In this document: positions 1-10,212 of the stretch, in pieces | Layout: every line of letters starts with the position of its first letter | How positions within the stretch are numbered: the first letter of the stretch is position 1 | Assembly: GCA_049609325.1 (NCBI GenBank) | Contig: JBMYYK010000002.1 | Coordinates: 10,382 to 74,381, forward strand | DNA from: Flavobacteriaceae bacterium | GTDB lineage: Bacteria; Bacteroidota; Bacteroidia; Flavobacteriales; Flavobacteriaceae | Direction: 5' to 3' | Length of the DNA stretch: 64,000 bases | Notes under the pieces: model-generated | The model's database searches: none | What the model was told of the DNA's origin: nothing | What the model saw: only the letters and a program-made list of their open reading frames with translations | Program-made: the position numbers and the translations under genes

Positions 1-587
1 TCAAAACAACTTAACTTTAATCGTTCCTCATCTAAGGCGCCTTCTAGAAAACGATAATCTCCAGTTTCGGTTAAAAAGGTTCCCGTAATTTTATTATCTG
101 GACCATCTTTAAACACCCCTTTAGCTTTGTAACTATCTTTTGTATTCGGACTAAAAGTCACTTCCCAGTTTCCCGCTATAGGATGATGGCTTTTCTCAAT
201 TGTTGGATAACGAAAATGTACATCATGCATCGCTTCAAAAGGCACTTTAATATACCTTGGCCCTTTTGTATAATAGCCTTTTAAATTTCCTTTTGCAGTT
301 ATAAACGCGGTAAGCTTGGCATCAAAAACTGGCATAGTCATATGTACCGAATCTCCTTGAACTACAACATCATCTACGGTAATTGTTTCTTCAGCATTAA
401 TCACACTCACCTGTTTAGCTTCATCAACTTTAAACACAAACGGCAATTCCTTTTGATCTTTTACATCTAATACTGCGCGATAGGTTCCTGATTTTAACTC
501 TTTATTTTGTGTTACTGGTGCTTTTGACACGTCTTTTTTACAAGACCAAAGTGACAAAACTGCCAACCCTACTATTAATTTTTTCAT
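1..587 (-). CDS. Lipoprotein, N-terminal part only (gene continues past the window start); possibly the N-terminal domain of a TlpA/thioredoxin-family protein
   Basis: Absent from the ORF track because it has no stop in the window. Reverse translation from ATG (585-587) gives MKKLIVGLAVLSLWSCKKDVSKAPVTQNKELKSGTYRAVLDV..., with a lipobox LWSC, and stays open to position 1. The functional guess is weak. Confidence 0.6.
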   Translation of the reverse strand, partial: MKKLIVGLAVLSLWSCKKDVSKAPVTQNKELKSGTYRAVLDVKDQKELPFVFKVDEAKQVSVINAEETITVDDVVVQGDSVHMTMPVFDAKLTAFITAKGNLKGYYTKGPRYIKVPFEAMHDVHFRYPTIEKSHHPIAGNWEVTFSPNTKDSYKAKGVFKDGPDNKITGTFLTETGDYRFLEGALDEERLKLSCF

Positions 588-620
588 TGTTATGTTTTTT
601 TTTCAGAATTAAAACTACAA

Positions 621-649
621 AAAAAGGCATCAAAAAATGATGCCTTTTT
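621..649 (-). terminator. Rho-independent terminator downstream of purC
   Basis: aaaaaGGCATCAaaaaaTGATGCCttttt: 7-bp GC-containing stem with an A-run and T-run on either side. Confidence 0.75.
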
Positions 650-666
650 AATAATTTTTAAGACGA

Positions 667-1617
667 CTAAGCGCCTAAATATTCTAAGACGTTTTTTTCT
701 ATTCTAGCTTCTATATTTGTTAAATCCGCTTTTACAAATTGCTCCCCAGTAATTTGTTCATAGAGTTCAATATAGCGCTCAGAAATTTCATTGATTTTAT
801 CGTTTGTCATCTCTGGTATTTGTTGGCCGTCTTTACCCTGAAAGCCGTTTTCTATTAACCATTGTCTTACAAACTCTTTTGATAACTGCTTTTGAGTTTC
901 TTTAGCATCTTGACGTTCTTGATAGCCTTCTGCATAGAAATAACGCGATGAATCAGGTGTGTGAATTTCATCAATTAAAACAATCTTTCCGTCAGACGTT
1001 TTACCAAATTCGTATTTCGTATCAACTAAAATCAATCCGCGTTTTGCGGCAATTTCTGTTCCACGTTTAAACAATGCTTGCGTGTACTGCTCTAGGACTT
1101 CGTAATCTTCTTGAGATACGATACCTTTAGCTAAAATATCTTCTCTAGATATATCTTCATCATGCTCACCATTATCAGCTTTAGTAGATGGCGTTATTAT
1201 AGGTTGTGGCAACTTATCATTTTCTTGTAAGCCGTCTGGCAGTGCAACACCACAAAGCATACGTTTACCTAGTTTATACTCTCTAGCAGCGTGACCTGCT
1301 AAATAACCTCTTATAACCATTTCTACTTTAAATGGTTCACATAAATGTCCAACCGCTACGTTAGGATCTGGAGTAGCCATAATCCAATTCGGGACAATAT
1401 CTTCTGTGTCTTGCATCATTTTTGCTGCAATCTGATTTAATATTTGTCCTTTGTATGGTATTTGTTTTGGCATAATCACATCAAAAGCCGATAAACGATC
1501 TGATGCAATCATCACCAATTTATTATCATTGATATTATAAACCTCTCTAACTTTTCCTTTGTATACGTTTTTTTGATTTGGAAAGTTAAAATTTGTGTCG
1601 TTAATAGTTGTACTCAT
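667..1617 (-). CDS. purC: Phosphoribosylaminoimidazole-succinocarboxamide (SAICAR) synthase
   Basis: 316 aa. N-terminus [28 protein letters not shown] and [11 protein letters not shown] are typical of long-form PurC. Confidence 0.93.
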   Translation of the reverse strand: MSTTINDTNFNFPNQKNVYKGKVREVYNINDNKLVMIASDRLSAFDVIMPKQIPYKGQILNQIAAKMMQDTEDIVPNWIMATPDPNVAVGHLCEPFKVEMVIRGYLAGHAAREYKLGKRMLCGVALPDGLQENDKLPQPIITPSTKADNGEHDEDISREDILAKGIVSQEDYEVLEQYTQALFKRGTEIAAKRGLILVDTKYEFGKTSDGKIVLIDEIHTPDSSRYFYAEGYQERQDAKETQKQLSKEFVRQWLIENGFQGKDGQQIPEMTNDKINEISERYIELYEQITGEQFVKADLTNIEARIEKNVLEYLGA

Positions 1618-1641
1618 TAGTTGTTGTATAGTAGTCTGTTG

Positions 1642-2601
1642 TTATTCGTTTTCTATGTTTTTATATGCTTCAATGACTTTTTTCACCAAACGATGTCTGA
1701 TAACATCTTTGTCGTCTAAATGAATGAATCCGATACCCTGAACACCTTTTAGCACCAAAAGTGCTTCTTTTAATCCAGAAACCGTGCGGCGTGGTAAATC
1801 TATTTGACCAGGATCACCTGTTATGATAAAACGTGCTTTTTTTCCCATACGGGTTAAAAACATTTTCATTTGTGCTCTGGTGGTATTTTGAGCTTCATCT
1901 AAAATTACAAAAGCATTATCTAAAGTACGTCCTCTCATAAATGCCATTGGTGCAATTTGAATGATGCCTTTTTCAATATGCGATTCTAATTTTTCAGCAG
2001 GAATCATATCGCGTAAAGCATCATAGAGTGGTTGCATATACGGATCTAATTTATCTTTCATATCTCCCGGTAAAAACCCCAAATTTTCTCCAGCCTCTAC
2101 AGCAGGTCGAGTTAATATAATACGCCTAACTTCTTTAGCTTTTAACGCTTTTACGGCTAAAGCTACAGCGGTATAAGTTTTACCAGTTCCGGCAGGACCA
2201 ACTGCAAACACCATATCATTTTTTGCGCAAGTAGCTACCAATTTTCTTTGGTTTACCGTTTGTGCTTTAATCACTCTACCACCTACTCCGTGCACTAAAG
2301 CCCCATCACTGTTTTTTGGTGCGTGAATATCATCTGCACCATTTGAGGTTAAAATACGCTCTATGCTGTTTTCATCAAGTTTGTTGTATTTTGCAAAATG
2401 TAAAATCAACATACGCATACGTTTGTCAAACTCTTCAAGAATTTCTTCTTCCCCAAGCGCTTTAACCGTATTTCCCCTAGCTACTATTTTCAGCTTCGGG
2501 AAATATTTTTTTAATGTCGTGATATTGATGTTTTGCTCTCCACAGAATTCTCGTGGATTGATCTCGGTTAGTTCAAATATAAGTTCTTTCAAAAGCTGCA
2601 A
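1642..2601 (-). CDS. phoH: PhoH-like ATPase
   Basis: 319 aa. Walker A GPAGTGKTY, ILTRP and FVILDEAQN motifs of the PhoH family. Confidence 0.92.
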   Translation of the reverse strand: MQLLKELIFELTEINPREFCGEQNINITTLKKYFPKLKIVARGNTVKALGEEEILEEFDKRMRMLILHFAKYNKLDENSIERILTSNGADDIHAPKNSDGALVHGVGGRVIKAQTVNQRKLVATCAKNDMVFAVGPAGTGKTYTAVALAVKALKAKEVRRIILTRPAVEAGENLGFLPGDMKDKLDPYMQPLYDALRDMIPAEKLESHIEKGIIQIAPMAFMRGRTLDNAFVILDEAQNTTRAQMKMFLTRMGKKARFIITGDPGQIDLPRRTVSGLKEALLVLKGVQGIGFIHLDDKDVIRHRLVKKVIEAYKNIENE

Positions 2602-2644
2602 TTATTTGTTAAAAATTAACTATAAATTCACTTGATTTACTCCA

Positions 2645-2652
2645 CAAAATTA
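2645..2652 (-). promoter_or_regulatory. Bacteroidota -7 promoter box (TAATTTTG on the minus strand) for phoH-purC
   Basis: The plus strand reads CAAAATTA. It lies 43 nt upstream of the phoH ATG and matches the TAnnTTTG consensus of sigma-A(Bfr)-type promoters. Confidence 0.5.
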
Positions 2653-2694
2653 CGCAATTTTGCTTAGGCAAACCTAACAATCAACAATTTATTA

Positions 2695-3528
2695 ATGGCA
2701 ATTATAACTTTAACAACCGATTTTGGAATTAAAGACCATTACTTGGCTGCTGTTAAAGGTACAATTTACACTGAAATACCTGAGGTAACCATTGTTGATA
2801 TCTCCCATCAAGTTACGCCTTTTAATTATAATGAAGCAAGTTATATTATAAAAAATGCGTATCATCATTTTCCAAAAGGCACCATTCATATTATTGGAGT
2901 TGATGCTGAGCAAAGTGCACATCAACAACATATTGCTATGTTGTTTAATGGCCATTATTTTATTTGTGCTAACAACGGCATCTTGTCAATATTATGTTCA
3001 GAAATTCATCCTGAAAAAATTATAGAGATTACAACGCATCAAACTACCCATGATAATTTCCCGGTAAAAACGGTGTTTACAAAAATTGCTTGTCATATAG
3101 CCCGAGGTGGAAATTTAGATGTTATAGGACGCCCTTTTAATCAACTTAAAGAAGTAACTCACGTCACTCCGGTAATTAACACTAATGAAACTTCTATAGT
3201 TGGTCACATACAATATATTGACAATTACGGTAATGTGATCACCAATATCAATAAAGAATTGATTACTAAAATAGCTCGAGGCAGAGCTTATACAATTAAT
3301 TTAAGACATTTTAGTTTTGATACCGTTTATAACTCTTACGGCGACTGTATGACTGAGGTAACTTCAGATAACAATAGCCATGATGGTAAACGAATAGCCT
3401 TGTTTAACTCAAGTAATTTTTTAGAAATTGCCCTATACAAGAGTAGTTTAAAAACCGGAGGCGCCTCTAGTTTATTAGGAGTTAAATACAGAGATACTGT
3501 GTCTGTAACATTTTATGAAACCCCATAA
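2695..3528 (+). CDS. SAM hydroxide adenosyltransferase family protein (DUF62, chlorinase/fluorinase-like)
   Basis: 277 aa. N-terminal IITLTTDFGIKDHYLAAVKG signature of the family. Confidence 0.85.
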   Translation: MAIITLTTDFGIKDHYLAAVKGTIYTEIPEVTIVDISHQVTPFNYNEASYIIKNAYHHFPKGTIHIIGVDAEQSAHQQHIAMLFNGHYFICANNGILSILCSEIHPEKIIEITTHQTTHDNFPVKTVFTKIACHIARGGNLDVIGRPFNQLKEVTHVTPVINTNETSIVGHIQYIDNYGNVITNINKELITKIARGRAYTINLRHFSFDTVYNSYGDCMTEVTSDNNSHDGKRIALFNSSNFLEIALYKSSLKTGGASSLLGVKYRDTVSVTFYETP

Positions 3529-3531
3529 CCT

Positions 3532-3828
3532 ATGTTAGTACGCATTGTAAAATTAAGCATACAAGATGATTGCATTTCAGAATTCTTACAAAATTTTGAA
3601 TCGCAAAAACAACACATCAGACACTTTGAAGGCTGTCGGTTCTTAGAATTGTATAATGACAAACACAATAAAAATATTTTCTTTACCTATAGTTATTGGG
3701 ATCATGAAGATGCGCTAAATACTTACAGACATTCCGATTTATTTAAAGGCATTTGGGCCGTTACAAAACCCATGTTTAATGCCAAACCTGAAGCGTGGAG
3801 TGTTGATAAACTGGAGAGTTTAACATAA
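3532..3828 (+). CDS. Antibiotic-biosynthesis-monooxygenase (ABM) domain protein
   Basis: 98 aa with a ferredoxin-like ABM pattern (FLELYNDKHNKNIFFTYSYWDHEDALNTYRHSDLF). It starts 3 nt after the previous stop. Confidence 0.8.
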   Translation: MLVRIVKLSIQDDCISEFLQNFESQKQHIRHFEGCRFLELYNDKHNKNIFFTYSYWDHEDALNTYRHSDLFKGIWAVTKPMFNAKPEAWSVDKLESLT

Positions 3829-3855
3829 AAAAGCCTACTTTAAAGTAGGCTTTTT
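3826..3855. terminator. Bidirectional terminator between convergent ABM and NMO genes
   Basis: aaaaaAGCCTACtttaaaGTAGGCTttttt. Confidence 0.8.
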
Positions 3856-3878
3856 TATGTGATCTACTCAATCAATAA

Positions 3879-4829
3879 TTAAGCTACCAATTTTTTTACA
3901 ATATCTTTAACAGGTAAGATTGCTTTAGTATATTCTATACTTGGTCCTGCCACCCATACCGTTTTATATGTGGCTTTATTGGCTGCATTTGCTACTGCTT
4001 TCATACCAATCATAAAACGAATCATTTTAACCCATTTTTTTAGCGTTTTGTTTTTATTCAACACAGACTCAATCCAAGTTTGTTTGGTTCCAATCTTTTC
4101 AACATAAGGTGTTTTAATTACCGTACATGGTGTACCAGAAATACGTTCGGTCATGACAATATCATCAGCGCCATAATCTACACAAGCTTGTTTGTATTCT
4201 TCAGAAACCGATGCTTCTACACTGGCAATAAACGGACTTCCTACAGACACACCAACAGCTCCGTAAGACAACACTTGGTCTATATCTGCTTTGCAGCCTA
4301 CACCTCCAGCTGAAATTACAGGAATAGCACAATTCGCATTCAACTCTTCTATCAACGCTTTGGGGTCTCTATCGCCTCTATGTCCACCCGCTTGATTATT
4401 AACAGCTATCAAAGCATCACCTCCTAAGCTTTCTACTTTTTTTGACATTGCCAAATCTACCACATCACAAAACACTTTAATTCCTACTTTATGTGCTGCT
4501 TCAATGGTGGTTTTCGGATTACCTAATGACGTAATGATAAAATCTGCACCTTCTTCACATATCACATCTAATTGCGCCTTAAACTTTGGGTTAGATTTGT
4601 TTACTATTAAATTGAATCCGTAAGCGCCGTTAGACGTTTTTGCTGCTCTTAATTCTTTACAAGCCGCTCTTAACTCCTCTAATGTTCTGTAGTTTAATGC
4701 TGGTATACACGCTGCTACACCTTGTTTCATTCCTTCAATTGTCATTGCAACATTTGAAACTAAAAACATTGGAGCCATTATTACCGGATGCTCTATATTT
4801 AATAAGTCTTGTAAACTTGATTTTGCCAT
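3879..4829 (-). CDS. Nitronate monooxygenase / NAD(P)H-dependent flavin oxidoreductase (NMO family)
   Basis: 316 aa. IEHPVIMAPMFLVSN and SAGGVG motifs of 2-nitropropane dioxygenase-like TIM barrels. Confidence 0.85.
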   Translation of the reverse strand: MAKSSLQDLLNIEHPVIMAPMFLVSNVAMTIEGMKQGVAACIPALNYRTLEELRAACKELRAAKTSNGAYGFNLIVNKSNPKFKAQLDVICEEGADFIITSLGNPKTTIEAAHKVGIKVFCDVVDLAMSKKVESLGGDALIAVNNQAGGHRGDRDPKALIEELNANCAIPVISAGGVGCKADIDQVLSYGAVGVSVGSPFIASVEASVSEEYKQACVDYGADDIVMTERISGTPCTVIKTPYVEKIGTKQTWIESVLNKNKTLKKWVKMIRFMIGMKAVANAANKATYKTVWVAGPSIEYTKAILPVKDIVKKLVA

Positions 4830-4910
4830 TGTATAGTAAATTAATTGGTATAAATTTACAGTAAAAATAGCACAAACTACTATGCACGCATAATTTATTT
4901 TTATTTTTTA

Positions 4911-5375
4911 ATGAAAGACCTATCTATAATACAATATCACTCGAATTACGCTAAAGATTTTGCCACATTAAATTACGAATGGTTAAAAAAATATTTTGTC
5001 ATAGAACCACATGACACTGAAATGTTAGAGAACCCTGAGACGTACATTATTAATAATGGCGGGTATATTTTATTTGCAAAAACTAACAATAAAATTGTGG
5101 GAACTGTAGCCTTAATTCAAATACAAAAAGAGTATTATGAATTGGCAAAAATGGCCGTAACTGAGCAGTTTCAAGGGAAACAAATTGGTAGGTTACTGTT
5201 AGAAGCTACAATAGAATTTGCTAAAACAAAAGGAATTAAAACGTTAATGTTAGAATCGAACAGAACCCTTAAAGCAGCTTTACATTTGTATAACACATAC
5301 GGTTTTGAAGAAGTACCTACAGACCCAAATAGCCCCTATGAGCGCGCTGATATAAAAATGGAGTTACACTTATAA
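4911..5375 (+). CDS. GNAT family N-acetyltransferase
   Basis: 154 aa. Acetyl-CoA motif QFQGKQIGRLLLE and C-terminal YNTYGFEEV. Confidence 0.85.
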   Translation: MKDLSIIQYHSNYAKDFATLNYEWLKKYFVIEPHDTEMLENPETYIINNGGYILFAKTNNKIVGTVALIQIQKEYYELAKMAVTEQFQGKQIGRLLLEATIEFAKTKGIKTLMLESNRTLKAALHLYNTYGFEEVPTDPNSPYERADIKMELHL

Positions 5376-5909
5376 TTACCTATACTGCTGCTTTAATGCT
5401 TGAATAGATGCTGAGCTATTGATATAATCTGTTATAATGGCTCTTCTTAACTCTGAAATATTCATCTCAAAATATGTAGCCCACTTGTCTTCTTTTAAAA
5501 GTTGCCTAATATGTTTTACACGTTTTTGGGCATCTAAAGCTGTAAATAGATATGGTGTAGTATTAGTTGCAAGGGCATGATGTTGGAAATTCACTTGTGC
5601 CGTTTCAAAATTCACTTGAATAAAAAATAACTTCTCCGTATCATTCATGTGATAAAAGTCACTCCATTTAGCAAAACCCAAATGCATCTGTTGATTTTTA
5701 AAATCGGAATTGGCAATAAGTTTCCATCTGCAGTTAGCTACCCTTCCCCAGTGATCTGAATATCGATATACCCCTTCATCAGTATAATGATATTGACTAT
5801 CTGATTTAGAAGTGTAATGTGCGATATTATTTTCAAATATATTAGAAGATACTTCTACAAACTCACAATAGGTGTGCTTAAAAAAATTGAAACGGTTATA
5901 AGTTTTCAT
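5376..5909 (-). CDS. Hypothetical protein (no family recognised)
   Basis: 177 aa with no signal peptide or TM segment. It has a His/Cys/Trp-rich core, YRYSDHWGRVANCRWKL. Its ATG abuts the upstream stop (TAAATG), which supports a real, coupled gene. Confidence 0.7.
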   Translation of the reverse strand: MKTYNRFNFFKHTYCEFVEVSSNIFENNIAHYTSKSDSQYHYTDEGVYRYSDHWGRVANCRWKLIANSDFKNQQMHLGFAKWSDFYHMNDTEKLFFIQVNFETAQVNFQHHALATNTTPYLFTALDAQKRVKHIRQLLKEDKWATYFEMNISELRRAIITDYINSSASIQALKQQYR

Positions 5910-6320
5910 TTAATCTATGCCTTCTTTTCGACGTTGGTTCTTTATAAAGTCAACTCCGCAACTTAATTTTTGAGCTATTTTGTCGTCAGGTGTCATCATG
6001 CGCCAAAACGGCGTAATGTCTTCTTGCGTTTTACCCTGCTCTAACTCTTCTAAAGCCGCTTTTGCTACAATTCGTAAAAAAATACTTGAAGTCACAGGAC
6101 AGGTTTTTTCTGCACAATACTCTATAGCCAAATCATTACGCATAGTAGGAATATCTAATTGGTTTCCTGGATTGATACAGTTCACATAGTCATCTACAAT
6201 CTGAGGTGTAGCAATAAACATTCTACACCCTTCTGTCATATCTGCAAAACGTTTATCTATTGTTTTTACAATCGCTTCTTTTTTTGCATCTCGCTTTTCT
6301 ATCCAGGTCTTTTTTGCCAT
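5910..6320 (-). CDS. MGMT-family (alkyltransferase-like DNA-binding fold) protein lacking the PCHR active site
   Basis: The pattern KTWIEKR...IATPQIVDDYV...CPVTSSIFLRIVAKAALEE...ITPFWRMM resembles small proteins annotated as MGMT family. I chose the start MAKKTW at 6320 (1 nt after the upstream stop) over 6353. Confidence 0.65.
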   Translation of the reverse strand: MAKKTWIEKRDAKKEAIVKTIDKRFADMTEGCRMFIATPQIVDDYVNCINPGNQLDIPTMRNDLAIEYCAEKTCPVTSSIFLRIVAKAALEELEQGKTQEDITPFWRMMTPDDKIAQKLSCGVDFIKNQRRKEGID

Positions 6321-6321
6321 A

Positions 6322-6780
6322 CTATTTTTTATAATTAGCCTCATAAGTAACAATCCACTCTTCTGGAGTTACTTTTGCCACTAACTGTCCTAATAATTCA
6401 AACGGAATATGTGCTTCTTTTTTAAAACGAATGCAACTTTTACCCATGTTTAGTTTTACTTTTATATCCGTTTTTGCATATTCAGACGTAAACCAATCCA
6501 TCAATTCTTTATTAGCGTAAATTCCCATGTGATAAAACCCTATATGTGCTTTTTGAGATGCTAAACTAATAAAAGGTAACGGCAGTTTTGGGTCACAATG
6601 ATAACCATTGGGATATAATGAATGAGGCACAACGTAACCTAACATCCCATAGCCCATCACTTCCTGAAAGCCTTTTGGTAAATTATCTATAATAACTTGT
6701 CGTAATTTAGTAATGACTGCTTTACGGTCTTCAGGTAACTCGGCTAAATACTGTTCTGGTGTGGTTGCTTTTGATTGCAT
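6322..6780 (-). CDS. DUF1801 (YdhG-like) domain protein
   Basis: 152 aa. TPEQYLAELPEDRKAVITKLRQVI...GYGMLGYVVP is typical of DUF1801. Confidence 0.8.
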   Translation of the reverse strand: MQSKATTPEQYLAELPEDRKAVITKLRQVIIDNLPKGFQEVMGYGMLGYVVPHSLYPNGYHCDPKLPLPFISLASQKAHIGFYHMGIYANKELMDWFTSEYAKTDIKVKLNMGKSCIRFKKEAHIPFELLGQLVAKVTPEEWIVTYEANYKK

Positions 6781-6783
6781 GAC

Positions 6784-7704
6784 TTACTCTTTTAAATTCT
6801 TTAACAAAGTACTAATTTCTATGCTATAAATTCTACTTAAACCGTTACTATAACTTGATATTTCATTTAAAAACTCTTGAGTATCAAGTTTTCTTTTAGG
6901 AGTAACTGCCGATCGTCTGCTTGTAAAGTATAGTCTTTTACTCTCCCAATTTACAAACGGACAATAATCCATCGCTTTAGAATTTACTATATCTCCCATG
7001 TTTTTTGCTTCAAGCCAGCTTCCATCAGTATTCTTAAAACTGATGTACAAATCGCCACTTCCTAAACCATCTTTTCGGTTATAACCGCTAAAAATTAAAA
7101 CACTTTCATCCGGAGCAATGTACGCATTAAACTCGTAGCCTTCAGTATTAATAGATGATGATAACGATGTTACCCTGCTATACGTACCACTATCCCATTC
7201 AGACATAAAAATATCATCTTTACCTTTAGCAGTAGGTCTGTCACTTGTAAAATACAAATTTTTAGAATTCGAAATGGCTGGATAAAACTCGTTATGTTTA
7301 GTATTTATCGGCGCACCTAAATTCATTGGATCTGACCATGATTCAGTACTACTTTTACGTGTCACAACCCATATATCAAAATCTTTAGTCTTGTTTTCTG
7401 CTTTAGATAATGGCCTATTAGATGCAAAATATAAGCGCAATCCATCTGGTGACAAATACGGTTCTAAATCTTTAAACTCTCCTGAAAAGCTTGCCAAAAC
7501 CGGTGTACTCCAATTCTCGTTAGTTTTTACCGTTTTAAATATACCTGACAATTCTTCATTAGGACTCTGTACCGTAAAGTAAACTTCATTTGAAGTAGTA
7601 GAGATTGTAAAATCTCTTGTTTTAGCATATGATTTTATATTAGGTAATACTGGGGTTTGGGCATAAGCTATTGAAGCTATCAATATTACAAAAAGTAACC
7701 TCAT
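6784..7704 (-). CDS. Periplasmic TolB-like PD40/WD40 beta-propeller repeat protein
   Basis: 306 aa with a signal peptide (MRLLFVILIASIAYAQ). Repeated PD40 motifs: LSPDGLRLYFASNR, FYPAISNSKNLYFTSDR, YIAPDESVLIFSG, KRLYFTSRR. Confidence 0.85.
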   Translation of the reverse strand: MRLLFVILIASIAYAQTPVLPNIKSYAKTRDFTISTTSNEVYFTVQSPNEELSGIFKTVKTNENWSTPVLASFSGEFKDLEPYLSPDGLRLYFASNRPLSKAENKTKDFDIWVVTRKSSTESWSDPMNLGAPINTKHNEFYPAISNSKNLYFTSDRPTAKGKDDIFMSEWDSGTYSRVTSLSSSINTEGYEFNAYIAPDESVLIFSGYNRKDGLGSGDLYISFKNTDGSWLEAKNMGDIVNSKAMDYCPFVNWESKRLYFTSRRSAVTPKRKLDTQEFLNEISSYSNGLSRIYSIEISTLLKNLKE

Positions 7705-7781
7705 AACATTAGTTTTAGCTTTAAAAGTATCACAAAATCAAGCGAAAATAATTCGATTTATTAATACTTTAACATACTTGG

Positions 7782-8234
7782 TCACACTCCAAACTGTGCT
7801 AAGTGGTGCTCTAAATGTTTCGCGAATGAATTGTTCCATTCTTTAGCACTCAACTTCCCCATTGAATGTGATTGCTTGTCATCAAAGTGTGCTTCGCCTA
7901 GTTCAGCGGTTTTTAATATATAGTCAATTAATCGTGTTTTTTCTTCATTAAAATCTTTTTCAGACCTTATGATAAACTGCGGCCCAGTTCTTCCGTTTCT
8001 CGGATAAGGTTGTTCTGATACCACTGCTTTTTTTACAAACAATTTTAAAAGTAGTTTTACAAAAGCGTTGGGTTCAGGGTGTTTGTCTGTATACACCATC
8101 TCATAAGCTACACAACAATGTGCTAGCATTTGTGACACACTCATTTTCCCCCATTGTGCTTGTGACTCTGGTGTTAAATTTTCAATACGTTTAATAAACT
8201 CTTGTGCTACGTTTTGGTCAAAGATGTTTTTCAT
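7782..8234 (-). CDS. DUF1569 (DinB-like) protein
   Basis: MKNIFDQNVAQEFIKRIENLTPESQAQWGKMSVSQMLAHC. I prefer the start at 8234, because the longer ORF (8264) would run into the dnaK terminator hairpin. Confidence 0.8.
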   Translation of the reverse strand: MKNIFDQNVAQEFIKRIENLTPESQAQWGKMSVSQMLAHCCVAYEMVYTDKHPEPNAFVKLLLKLFVKKAVVSEQPYPRNGRTGPQFIIRSEKDFNEEKTRLIDYILKTAELGEAHFDDKQSHSMGKLSAKEWNNSFAKHLEHHLAQFGV

Positions 8235-8262
8235 AATCAATTTTATACCAACGAATATAAAC

Positions 8263-8290
8263 AAAAAACGCGACCTATAGGTCGCGTTTT
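8263..8290 (-). terminator. Rho-independent terminator of dnaK
   Basis: aaaaaaCGCGACCtataGGTCGCGtttt. On the minus strand the stem is followed by T6. Confidence 0.85.
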
Positions 8291-8310
8291 CTCATCTATA
8301 CTTTTGAAGT

Positions 8311-10212
8311 TTATTTTACTTCTTCAAAGTCTACGTCTTGTACATCTTCAGCATCATTAGCTGGTTCAGCTTGCCCTTCAGCTCCTGCTGTACCACCTTG
8401 TTGTGCTTCTGCTTGTGCTTTATACATTTCTTCAGAAGCTACTTTCCACGCTTCGTTAATTTTGTCTAACGCAGGAGTTATAGTTTCTAAATTCTTAGTT
8501 TCATATGCAGCTTTCAATTCCGTTAATGCCGCTTCAATTGGTGCTTTTTTATCATCTGATAATTTATCACCAAACTCTTTCAATTGCTTTTCCGTTTGGA
8601 AAATCATTGCATCAGCTTCATTTAACTTCTCTACTTCTTCTTTTTTAGCTTTATCAGCTTCCGCGTTTGCTTCAGCTTCTTGCTTCATTTTTTGGATTTC
8701 TTCTTCTGTTAATCCTGAAGATGCTTCAATTCTGATGTCTTGTGACTTATTAGTAGCCTTATCTGTTGCAGATACTTTAATAATTCCGTTAGCATCAATA
8801 TCAAAAGTTACTTCAATTTGAGGTACTCCACGCTGTGCTGGTGGTATACCATCTAAATGGAAACGACCAATAGTTTTATTATCTGCCGCCATTGGACGCT
8901 CACCTTGTAATACGTGAATTTCTACTGAAGGCTGATTGTCTGCTGCCGTTGAGAATACTTGTGATTTTTTTGTAGGAATAGTTGTATTAGCCTCAATTAA
9001 CGTTGTCATTACATTACCCATAGTTTCAATACCTAATGATAATGGTGTAACATCTAATAACAATACATCTTTAACATCACCTGTTAAAACTCCTCCTTGA
9101 ATTGCCGCTCCAATAGCAACAACTTCATCAGGATTTACACCTTTAGAAGGGGCTTTACCGAAAAACTTTTCTACTTCTTCTTGAATTTTAGGAATACGAG
9201 TAGATCCACCTACTAAAATTACCTCATCAATTTCAGACTTAGAAATTCCGGCGTCTTGTAATGCTTTTTCACATGGCAACATAGAACGACGCACTAAATC
9301 GTCAGCTAATTGCTCAAACTTTGCACGAGTTAATGTTTTTACCAAGTGCTTAGGTCCTGAAGCATCAGCAGTAATATATGGCAAGTTAATTTCTGTTTGT
9401 GTAGATGCTGATAATTCAATTTTTGCCTTTTCAGCAGCTTCTTTTAAACGCTGTAACGCCATTGGATCTTGAGTTAAATCCATAGAGTTTTCAGCTTTAA
9501 ATTCGCTTGCCATCCAGTCAATTAAAACTTGATCAAAATCATCTCCTCCTAAGTGCGTATCTCCGTTTGTAGATAATACTTCAAACACACCATCACCTAG
9601 TTCTAAGATAGATACATCAAACGTACCTCCACCTAAATCATAAACAACAATCTTCTTATCTTCATCAGACTTGTCTAATCCGTACGCTAAAGCTGCAGCT
9701 GTAGGCTCGTTAATGATACGCTCTACTTTTAACCCTGCAATTTCTCCAGCTTCTTTAGTTGCTTGACGTTGTGCATCGTTAAAATAAGCTGGTACCGTAA
9801 TTACGGCTCTATTTACATCTTGCCCTAAATAATCTTCAGCAGTTTTCTTCATTTTTTGAAGTGTCATTGCTGATAATTCTTGCGGTGTGTATAAACGGCC
9901 ATCAATGTCAACACGTGGCGTGTCATTGTCACCTTTTACAACTTTGTATGCTGTTCTGCTAATTTCTGTTGTACATTCAGAGAATTTATTTCCCATAAAA
10001 CGTTTAACTGAAGCAACTGTTTTAGTTGGGTTGGTCACCGCTTGTCTTTTCGCAGGATCTCCAACTTTAATTTCTCCACCTTCTACGAAAGCAATTACAG
10101 ATGGAGTTGTTCTTTTCCCTTCTGCATTAGGTATTACTACTGGCTCATTACCTTCCATTACAGAAACACAAGAGTTTGTTGTACCTAAATCGATTCCAAT
10201 TATTTTACTCAT
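8311..10212 (-). CDS. dnaK: Molecular chaperone DnaK (Hsp70)
   Basis: 633 aa. [19 protein letters not shown] and [11 protein letters not shown] signatures. Confidence 0.98.
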   Translation of the reverse strand: MSKIIGIDLGTTNSCVSVMEGNEPVVIPNAEGKRTTPSVIAFVEGGEIKVGDPAKRQAVTNPTKTVASVKRFMGNKFSECTTEISRTAYKVVKGDNDTPRVDIDGRLYTPQELSAMTLQKMKKTAEDYLGQDVNRAVITVPAYFNDAQRQATKEAGEIAGLKVERIINEPTAAALAYGLDKSDEDKKIVVYDLGGGTFDVSILELGDGVFEVLSTNGDTHLGGDDFDQVLIDWMASEFKAENSMDLTQDPMALQRLKEAAEKAKIELSASTQTEINLPYITADASGPKHLVKTLTRAKFEQLADDLVRRSMLPCEKALQDAGISKSEIDEVILVGGSTRIPKIQEEVEKFFGKAPSKGVNPDEVVAIGAAIQGGVLTGDVKDVLLLDVTPLSLGIETMGNVMTTLIEANTTIPTKKSQVFSTAADNQPSVEIHVLQGERPMAADNKTIGRFHLDGIPPAQRGVPQIEVTFDIDANGIIKVSATDKATNKSQDIRIEASSGLTEEEIQKMKQEAEANAEADKAKKEEVEKLNEADAMIFQTEKQLKEFGDKLSDDKKAPIEAALTELKAAYETKNLETITPALDKINEAWKVASEEMYKAQAEAQQGGTAGAEGQAEPANDAEDVQDVDFEEVK

